Assembly (NCBI GenBank): GCA_021806615.1
Contig: JAJZRB010000001.1
Coordinates: 10,754 to 74,753, forward strand
Direction of reading: 5' to 3'
Origin: a bacterium
Lineage (GTDB): Bacteria > Patescibacteriota > Patescibacteriia > Patescibacteriales > UBA12465
Length of the DNA: 64,000 bases
This document shows, piece by piece, positions 16,362 through 25,600 of this stretch. Position numbers and translations under genes: made by a program. The notes under the pieces were generated by a model. The model worked only from the letters and a program-made list of their open reading frames with translations. It ran no database searches and was not told the DNA's origin. Position 1 is the first letter of the stretch; each line of letters starts with the position of its first letter.

Positions 16362-19001
16362 TTAACCTTGTTCTCGCAAATGCAGGCCGGTAGCCTTGAT
16401 ATTGGCGTAAGCATTTCCGGCTAAGATATTGCCGCTCGGGCTGCCGCCGACCGTATGCATTAATTTGATATTAACCTCGCCTTTTTCCGGCTGATCCGCC
16501 ATCACGCGCTTAAGCAGTTGTTCGTTATTTCCGGAAATCAGATTAGCCGCGGTATTGCCGAGGATTCTTCCGGAATTCTTCTCATAAGCGCCGGCCGAAG
16601 CTAAGAATTTGAAAATCATGAGCCCTAAATTAGAAATTTCAAACTGTCCGGCGCCGTTTTCGCCGCCCATAGCCAGGCGGTTCATGCTGTTCACGATCTT
16701 CTGCGGATCGAACTTGATGACTTCGGCATAAGCGTGTATGGCGTGCTGGCTATCATCATACATTGTCCTTCCATTCTTATCCTTCATGATCTTGCCGTTC
16801 GCATCCCGCATTTCCTTGATATAGCTTTCCAGTTCTCCTTTGGCGTTGACACCGGCCATTTTCGCCATTTCCCAGTGGCCGACCCGTTCTTCGGACTCGC
16901 CCAAATCGTTTTCAATCTTCGTCCTCTCTTTTGCGCTGAATTTCCCTTTCAAGCCGTTATTCACTCCGAAGTAATTAGGCAGATCGTGGGCATAAGCATG
17001 CAGGCCCTTAGCGTTAGAATCATAGCCTCGGGCTCTTAATAATTCGTTAAGATTGGCGTCGCCGCTCATCTTTTCGCCGATGGCGATCATATCGTACTTA
17101 TCGCCCCTCTGCTCCGCATCGTCATAAGCCTTCTGCAATTCGTCGGAATTGGTAATGCTCTTATATTTAGATTTAGCTTCTTCCACCGATTTGCGGTAAG
17201 CGGAACGCGCTTCAAACGCGACCGGCGTCTGGACTTTTATCATCTGCTGTTTGAGGTTCTCCAGGCTCTGCTCATTGATCTTGATCTTCAAGTCAAGGTC
17301 CTGGAAATGCGGATCGGCGGCGAAAATTTCGGCCGTCGCTTCCTTCCTCACCTTGTCTTCTATTCTTTTAGCTCGGCCTTCTCTGGTCTGCAGTGTATCC
17401 AACTCTTCCTTTTCTTCTTTAGTCAGGACGTCTTGCTCATTGAATCTGGTTATTTTATCTTTTTCCTCATCAGATAATTTATCATACTTGCCATTCTTAG
17501 CCAATTCATCCAGCTTTTGGTTGGTCCGCTCCTCTATTTCCGGCTTCTTGCTCTGCTCTAGATTGAATTTATCTTCTTGATGCTTCTTAGTATCAGCTTC
17601 ATTGGCATCGATCTGCTCGCGTAATTCCCGGCGCTTGCTCTGGCTGCTGAAAACCTCTTTACGCGCCCGATTTATTCCCTTAACCCCTAAGAAACCGTCG
17701 GCATAACGGTGGAAATAATCTTCACCGACACCCATGCCCATAGCCACTGATCTCAATCCGCCATGTTCAAAATGCTCTTGAGCCTTGTCTCTGATTTCTT
17801 GCTCATCTTTCTTCTTGCTGGTTTCAGCAAAAGCTTTCAAAGATTCCTTTATCTTCACCGGACGGAAATCCCAGCCGATGGCCTTAGCGGTCTTCCGAGC
17901 CAGATAATTATCCCCCATGGCGATTTTCTTGGCTCCTTTGAGGGCTAATCCCTGACCTTTCTGTATAGCCGACATTCCTTTCCCCGCCATGCTGCCGGCC
18001 GCTCCGCCTATTTGCTGGGTGACCATCAAGCCGCCGACGAGCATGCCGATGGCGACGATGAATTGGATAAGGGAGCCTGGCGTGGAAGCTTCGGAACCGG
18101 CAACGGCTCCATTTATAGATCCAGAACCGACGGCCGACCCCTCTTTCGCGGCCTGATTATTAGCGTTCTGCAGATTCGCGCTATCAATGGTAGCGGTAAA
18201 ATTATTACCGTTAGATAGAGCCGCGAGAGACAGCCAGATGAAGAAAGCCAGGACCGGTCCGACGATCAAATTCTTGATGAATTCGCTCCACCACTGCGAA
18301 GCGTATTTCTGCCCGCCCGGAAAAGCGGACATCAGATAGGCGGCCGGGGATAGGACGACATAGATCCAGATCATGACGAGCCGCATAGCCAGCATCATGG
18401 CCATCGTCACGATGACGATAATGGCCACGATCAGGTAAATCATGCCTAAGACATAGGCTCCGACGACCGTGCTGACATCGCCGGCGCTGCCTGAGATCTG
18501 GACTATCTTGGTTATGCCTAGCATCTCCGTCAGATTGGCTCCGCCGATATCTTTGAAGGCATTGACGAAAGTAAGCATGACGACCTGGGTAATATCGATC
18601 AAAAGCCCGCAGATAGTCTTAGAAAAATTTATCAAAACGGCCATTAAGATCAGTTTAGGCAGCCACTTCTTATAATTATAGTCTTCCAGATGCAAGATAG
18701 TGCCGAAAGCGATGATCATCAGGATGACCACGAAGAACATATTGCAGATATCACGCACTATTACCCAGCCCAAGATGACGGCCTGGGAATCGATGAAATG
18801 CTGATAGGAGGCGATTAGGACCAAGCCCTTGATGACCAAGACCAGGATAAGCCCCAGCGCCCAGATGAAGATGCTAAGGATGCCCGATAAGATATCCACC
18901 GCCCAATCGGCATGAGCGTTGTAGCCGATCAAAAAGATGCCGAAAATCAAAAAGAGCGGCGTTAAACGGACGAGATATTTTTTGTCGGCGCTTAATTTCA
19001 T
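16362..19001 (-). CDS. polytopic (~8 TM) membrane protein with a Lys/Glu-rich coiled-coil and a C-terminal globular region; possibly TrbL/VirB6-like
   Basis: 879-aa ORF. The N-terminal ~340 aa is a series of long hydrophobic segments (e.g. YVLGMIYLIVAIIVIVTMAMMLAMRLVMIWIYVVL, then QWWSEFIKNLIVGPVLAFFIWL). A ~250-aa charged, heptad-like region follows. The VirB6/TrbL resemblance rests on architecture only. Confidence 0.8.
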   Translation of the reverse strand: MKLSADKKYLVRLTPLFLIFGIFLIGYNAHADWAVDILSGILSIFIWALGLILVLVIKGLVLIASYQHFIDSQAVILGWVIVRDICNMFFVVILMIIAFGTILHLEDYNYKKWLPKLILMAVLINFSKTICGLLIDITQVVMLTFVNAFKDIGGANLTEMLGITKIVQISGSAGDVSTVVGAYVLGMIYLIVAIIVIVTMAMMLAMRLVMIWIYVVLSPAAYLMSAFPGGQKYASQWWSEFIKNLIVGPVLAFFIWLSLAALSNGNNFTATIDSANLQNANNQAAKEGSAVGSGSINGAVAGSEASTPGSLIQFIVAIGMLVGGLMVTQQIGGAAGSMAGKGMSAIQKGQGLALKGAKKIAMGDNYLARKTAKAIGWDFRPVKIKESLKAFAETSKKKDEQEIRDKAQEHFEHGGLRSVAMGMGVGEDYFHRYADGFLGVKGINRARKEVFSSQSKRRELREQIDANEADTKKHQEDKFNLEQSKKPEIEERTNQKLDELAKNGKYDKLSDEEKDKITRFNEQDVLTKEEKEELDTLQTREGRAKRIEDKVRKEATAEIFAADPHFQDLDLKIKINEQSLENLKQQMIKVQTPVAFEARSAYRKSVEEAKSKYKSITNSDELQKAYDDAEQRGDKYDMIAIGEKMSGDANLNELLRARGYDSNAKGLHAYAHDLPNYFGVNNGLKGKFSAKERTKIENDLGESEERVGHWEMAKMAGVNAKGELESYIKEMRDANGKIMKDKNGRTMYDDSQHAIHAYAEVIKFDPQKIVNSMNRLAMGGENGAGQFEISNLGLMIFKFLASAGAYEKNSGRILGNTAANLISGNNEQLLKRVMADQPEKGEVNIKLMHTVGGSPSGNILAGNAYANIKATGLHLREQG

Positions 19002-19052
19002 ATTTTATTCTAAAAACTTCCTTACTGTAAGTTTATTACAAAACGCATTTTA

Positions 19053-19661
19053 TTACGAGGATGGCGGACTGGATTTCCAAAAATTCCCGGTAATGACTTT
19101 CAAGACTTCATAGAGAGCCCGCAGCGGATTCTCTATCGCTCCGGCGATCATAGCAATCAAAGCCACGATGGCGATAATAAGGAACAAGCACCCTAGATTA
19201 CAGCCGACTAGCACCATCGGCTCTACTGTCCCTAACGGCTTCCCCTGGCTTTTGGCGTATTCATTCTCCGCGGCAACGATATTATTATCCATCCATTCCT
19301 GTCCTAATTTGCAGAAAAAATTATGGCCGACGATAGAACCGAGCCAAACGTGTATATCTATCCATAGCAGGGTCAATCCCCAGCTATCCGCTAAGTTGAG
19401 CCAGGCTTGCTGCAATAATTTTGAAGTACTTTTACGAATCGGCGAAGCGGCGGCAGAAGCGATTTTACCCGTTTCTTCTTCTTTAGCCAGGACGGCCGCC
19501 TCTTCTCTTTTTTTTTGAATAACCGCTTCTCGGACACTCCGGGGTTCATCGGTTTCCTCCCCTCCGGCTAATTCGCTCCGCTGCGCCTCCCGCAAATCGC
19601 TAACACGATCGGCTGATTCCTCTTCTTTATTCTTATTTAATAACTGATCGTCAATGCTCAT
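19053..19661 (-). CDS. small membrane protein (acidic N-terminus, 2-3 TM)
   Basis: 202-aa ORF starting at ATG, 15 nt downstream of the giant gene. Hydrophobic segments include GLTLLWIDIHVWLGSIV and CLFLIIAIVALIAMIAGAI. Confidence 0.6.
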   Translation of the reverse strand: MSIDDQLLNKNKEEESADRVSDLREAQRSELAGGEETDEPRSVREAVIQKKREEAAVLAKEEETGKIASAAASPIRKSTSKLLQQAWLNLADSWGLTLLWIDIHVWLGSIVGHNFFCKLGQEWMDNNIVAAENEYAKSQGKPLGTVEPMVLVGCNLGCLFLIIAIVALIAMIAGAIENPLRALYEVLKVITGNFWKSSPPSS

Positions 19662-19676
19662 AAGCTAGGGCAATGA

Positions 19677-22600
19677 CTAATTATTAACATAGAAATCCCA
19701 ATTATCAGTGATAGTTATGATAATATTTTTCGGACCGATCTGGCCATAATAATGATAGAAGACATGCGGGTCGCCGGAATTAGGATGATCATCTTGATTG
19801 GTCACTATCTGTTCATAGCCGTCGCCCCACTTAATGGAAATCTGTTTCAAAGGCTCTTGCTCGGGGTCTACTTTGCTGGTGAATTCTAGACGGTAGATGC
19901 CCTTTTGCTTGACGTCATAAGTGTTATTAGAGGTCAAAGTCGTCTTACTGTCATTATAATATAGGTTAATATTGTCCAGCTTGGGAAATATGGCGCAGAA
20001 ACTGGGTTCAGGGTTCTTAGTAAAATCGGTCGCAGGGCGGACGCCGCCTGGACAAGGGTGCGGGAGGGCGCCAGATAAACCATTGAGAGTAAAATCAAAA
20101 GGGATATTTTGATTAACATAGGTCTGACTGGATCCTTTAACGAGATAACCGGTCGCCTTCAAGAAAATATTCTTCAAGACATTCGCGTAATCAGTGATGT
20201 TCGTTGTCGTCGCCACCCAGAGAGGCTGGCAAGGGCCGCTCGTCCCGCAAGTTTTGGCGGAAATATTAACAGAGCTTGAAGTGGCTAAGCAATAAGTATT
20301 CGGAGCGCCGCTGCAGCTGCCTATCAAACTACAATTTTTAGCTGTACCACCATTGATGCAGCCGTAAGGGCGGCCGGCATAAGGCAAATCTGTTTTCGCC
20401 ATGTCCTTCAAGGTTAGAAGGCTATCTCCGGCGACAATATTAGCTATGGAATTAGCGGCCCCGAAAGGCGGTTTTTCCATGCTCTGAGTATAATTCTGAG
20501 CGAAGAAAGGCGAGCTGGAAGCGAGCGAAAACGATGAACCAGGCGCGACTCTATTAACCCAAGCGGCATTAACGCCATTATTATTAACAGTTTGGACTAG
20601 CTGGCTGCAAGCAATATGGAAATAAGCACCGCTCGTTGTCGCGATTGAAGATGTCCCCGGTATAAGTTTGAGACTATCTGTGGTGACGACATTATTACGA
20701 TCAGCAATTTTTAAATTTGGATTCGGATCAAGATCTTGCGCAATAACGTCCGCTTCATGGCCGGCGAAACCATTGAATTTAGCATATCCTGTCTTATAGG
20801 TATCTCCGGAATTCTGACAAAGTTCCCAATTGCCGCCATTTACTGAATCTCCGTAATTAGCATTAGGATTATCGATCAATTCCAAACGGTCAGCTTTCGG
20901 AATGCACATGAAGTTATAATGATCCTGGCAAGATCCTCCATTACATTCTTTTGAAGAAATCCACATATCATAGTCGGCCGGGCAGGCAAGAGCGCCGTGG
21001 CTACTGCTGATAACTGCGGCCGCAAATCGCCCCGTTGTATTGAATTTAAAGCAACCGTAACAATCTGCGCTGAAACCATTACAACCGGTGCCTACAGGAT
21101 CCCCTAAATCTTTAATAAAATCGCCATTTTCATTATAAACATAGAGGGCATCATCATCAAAACCATTAAGACGATAGGCTCGTCGCTTCTCCATCAAGTC
21201 AAAATTACCGCTGACTGCCGTACAATAGTTTACCGGGAAATCCCCGCTATAACCCATCGTGGACATGGAAGGAAGCGGGATATTATCCATCGGGTACCAG
21301 AGCAAGCAGACATTCTTATTAAGCGGGTCATGTTCCAAACAATAACCGTATAATCCCTCAGAAACTACGTTCTTATTCTTGCTAAGGCAGGTCAAGCTAT
21401 CGCTCGTCGGATAAAGGCGACACTCGGGAGCGGCATAATTATCGCTAGAAATCTTTAAAACCGGCTCAATATTAATGTCGTCAAAGTAGACTGATCCGGT
21501 ACTCGGCGCGGTCGGATCGGCGCCAAGCGTTATCTTTATCTTTCTTTGTCCGACACTCAGATTAAATCGCTGAATTTTCCGTTCCCAGCCGGTAGGCGAC
21601 TGCGATAATAATTTGATAAGCGTCCCTTTATCATCAGTAATAGTGATCATGGCGCTTCCGCCGCCGGCGTTCTTAGTATTTACTAAGTAATTAATAAAGA
21701 ATTGATCGCTCGGCGTCGCCTTAACGGAAATATTCTGCGCGATATCGCAAGTGCCGTTATCAGGAACCTTGAGATAACCCTTGCCATCCGCCGGATAATC
21801 GGTTTCGTTTTTCGCTGCTTCTGGATTATCAATAAGCGTGGCCGTAGAAGAGTTAAGGCAGCCGGTATTGCCATTATCAAAGCTGCCGTCGATAGTGATC
21901 GTCTGCCCGACAAGCCCCATAGCGCTTAAGCTATACTTATCTACCAGAGAATACCCGGTCGCGTTCTGATTGACTTTAGGATTGAAGTAATAAGTCGGCG
22001 AAGATTGATTGACGAAATCGGCGCATTCTCCCTTATTGTCCAGGCGATCGCACTGGGCGAAGGAATAACAGGTTTTTTTCTTAGTGACCGGGTCCAGGAC
22101 ATAGCTCGTGCAATCCAGCCACTGGGCGCAAACGCGATCCGGCCGGACTTTGACTAATTTATTGGCCGTGCATGATCCGGTCGCGCTGCACAAGACCGGC
22201 GTCTTGCCGTCTTCAGTCGCGTAAGCATCCCAATTCAGATTGGCCGGCCCGGAAGCCCCGTTTATGGATCGCTCATTGAATAGGATACAGCCGTTATCAT
22301 ATTTAGTCTGGCCGTTACAAGTATCTTCTAAATTCTTCTGCAATTGATAGCTGACGATGGAAGTTTTAACGCTTATGGTCCGGTCATTCTTCCCGCCGCT
22401 TACCAAAGCGACCGTATTGCCGGAACTATAGAATAGGAGAGGATTATCATTATTCACTTCTAAATGCTTGGCGGGATTAGCCAGGACATTATTATCCAGC
22501 CGTAGAACATCAGCCAAAAAGTCTAAACCGACCGGCGTATTGGCTGAACCGCTATAATCAACCTGGAGGCTATAGAGCGTATAGGGTTGTAGTTTTATGA

Positions 22601-25600
22601 CCTGCTGATCGGAAGCTGGCGTAACATTCTGCCATTTTTCCGGAGAAGCGCCTCCCCAGCCGTCGCAACCGCTAGCCGCGCATTGATAATTCGGATTAGC
22701 TACCAGATTAGGGGAGAAGCGGCTGACTGGATCAATATATTCGCTGCAGGTTGAGGCGCCCGCGTCGCAGAGGCCGGCATTATCTTGCGGGGTCGGGATC
22801 TGGACATCAGCACCGCCGGATCCGATAGTCTTCAGATACGAAACCGGGCATTCATAATCATTATTATCGATCAAGCATTTCTGGGCGCCGCAATCAGCGT
22901 CGGCATTACAGGCCTTGCCGATTCCTTCCGAGATATCTATTGATCCATTGCCGTTAAGATCGCAGCGCTTGACCGGGATCTTATACCAACGCTTTCCGGG
23001 CAGGCCGGAATTATTGCTCACCCGATAGATGCAAGTCGCGGTTCCGGGGTCTTTAAAATAGCTCAAGCTGGCGTCCTCGGCGCTCTTCCAAGCCTCGCAG
23101 CCGACATTATCCCGGCTGCACAAAGCGGTACTATATTGATCGGGATTATTATTCTTGAAAACATCCGACCAGCCAGTGAAATTCGCGCCGCCCTGCCCTT
23201 CTCCTAAACGGCTGCAGCCCTGGCTGGCCGCGCCGCAAAGCTTGCTGTTGTCATAAACGGCGTAGAAAGCGCTGTCGCCATCAACCTTGACGCAATTCGG
23301 ATCGCTTCCCACCGGACAGCTGGAGGTGGCGACGCCATTTTCCCAGAAACCGGCGCCATAAGGCAAGTAATTCTTAGTATCGATCATCTGCTCGCAGCCG
23401 ACCGCTGAATCGGAACATAGTTGCGTAAAATTATGGAGATTGTGCTTCAAGCCGCCGCGATCCGTATATTGCGCGCAGCCCAGATTATAATCAGCACCTT
23501 GATAGTGGTTGAAGTTATCATAATAGCAGACATCCGGTATCTGGCTGGAACCTTTAATAAGGTAATAGCGGTCAATGACTTCCGACAAGACAAAATCATC
23601 CAGATAGAAATCGCTGGTTCCGCTGACGGCCAGGATTTCTCCGCTTTGCGCCGTCGTCGCTAAAGCGACCGCGTGATCTAAGTCGGATAGGTTCGCTTGA
23701 TAAATATTCCAATCATTACCCCCCCTCACTTTGACCGCACTGAAGGAAGTGCTGGCTCCGGTAGCCGGATTGACGAAAGATATGGTCAAATTAGAATCGC
23801 TGGCCGCCCGGGCTAAGAATTTAAGGGTATAAGCCGAGCCTTGGCTCACGATATTCCCGACTGCGAGCTGGGCCGATACGCCGGCCGCCACCCGTAGAGA
23901 ATGCCCGTTATTGCTGTTAGCAACGGAGCTAATACTGATTCCTCCCGCTGTCGGAGACGTCCAATCGCCTAGGCCGTTTTCAAAATCATAATAAGCGGCG
24001 AGACGAACGTTATTGCCGTTATTGCCATTATATTCGCGACAGCCCTTCTCATTCGCCTGGCAGGTCTGTCCTTCGCCCGGAATCGCCTGATAAATACAAG
24101 CGCCGGCCGTCAAGTCCCAAGTTCCGCCATTTAGGCAGACAACGCAATTATTATTAGTATTATCCCAATGCTTGTCGCTTCCTTGGCAACCGGCTTGCGT
24201 CGCGATAGTCCGGTCAATATTCTTTTCGCTCATCCGATAAGCGTGGCAGTTGTCAGAACAGGTTATCGTTCGGGAATTGAGGTGGTAGCTGACCTCGCCG
24301 GCGACATTATAAAATTCGCGGCAATCAGGATTATAGCCGGGATCATAAACAGATAAATGATAAATAGCCGCGTTACAGAGCTGAGAATCATCGGCGGTGA
24401 CCGCCGGTAAGGAAGCGGCTGTCTTTTCCAAGCTATACGCCTTCAGCTGATAGCCGTTAGCTGTTCCTTCCCAAGAATAAAAATTAGCGCAACTCGCCTG
24501 GCTCGGTTTGATGCACTGCTTGAGCTGCGTGTAATATTCCTTCTGTTCGCCGCCTTGGTTCAAGGCGTCAAGATTAGTGAATTCGTTACAACCGACAGCC
24601 GTAGCGCTGCAAGTCGTCGCCTTATCTGGAATCAGATTATCCGCTGACGGCGAGTTAAAATAGCTTGCTTTAGAGATATAGACATCATAGCCAAGGCAAT
24701 CCGCCGCGCAATAATCGGCGCTCGTGACCTTCGCTCCGACGGCGAACTTGTCCTTGACGGCGGTATATAATTCGCAGCCGACTTCGCTCTGATTGCACTT
24801 GCGGGCATAGTTGGAACAGACGGCCGGCGCGCCGGTTTTCAGGTTATAATTCTTGGTTGCGCTCGTCGCATCGACATAGCAGGTCTTTTCCAAATAAGGC
24901 GGGAGTATCTTTTCATAGAACTTGGAAGCGCCGTAAGAGCTATAGCCGGTATCCCAATCGCTCATTTCAAATTTCAGGTTTTTTAAATAAAAAGTAATCT
25001 TAGCGCCGACGGCCGCGCTGGCCGGATTGCCGGTGACGCTGAATTTCGCTTCATTATAGCTGGCGCTTCCCGCCCGGGTAACGCTTAAATGCTGCCAGCT
25101 ATTCTTTTCGCCGGTAGACTGGGTAAATCCGTCGCTGGCCGGTCCGATAGCCAGGCTGACATCGCCGCCTTCCATGATATAGATGTCCGCGCTCAAGGTA
25201 TAAGCCTGGCCGGGCATAGCCTGGAAATTATTGGGAAGAAGCGAATAATTATTATCGGAATAAATCCCGGCCGGTCCGTCTGTTTCAGTCAGCTTAAGCG
25301 CTTTGCCGCTCGCTCCGCCCGGCTCTGAACTGGCGTCAACGATAGAAGCTTTTCCAGCGATAGGCCAATCATTAAGCTTTGCTCCGGCTGACGAATCGCC
25401 GATCTGGTCATTCGTAAAATCAGCATCCATTATTAAATTAGCGCCCCAAGTCGGCTTGACGCGTAGCAAGGACGTGCATCCGTCGTCGCCTCCGGTACAA
25501 GACGATAAATTCTTATTCAAATATCTTATTTGGTTAGGGCTCCAGGATACGGTCCCGGTAGAAGTGGCGTAGGCTCCGAAAAGAGAATATTGGCGGCAAC

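Noticed and set aside
19508-19516. Homopolymer tracts in surface-protein genes could be slipped-strand phase-variation switches. Examples are T9 at 19508-19516 in the 202-aa membrane protein gene and A8 at 37441-37448 in the pilin-like/M15 gene.
   Set aside because: An equivalent 8-nt tract sits in the essential leuS gene (31525-31532) and another at the anti-sigma N-terminus. All encode Lys-Lys(-Lys) runs. Such tracts therefore look like ordinary AAA-codon usage here, not specialised switches.
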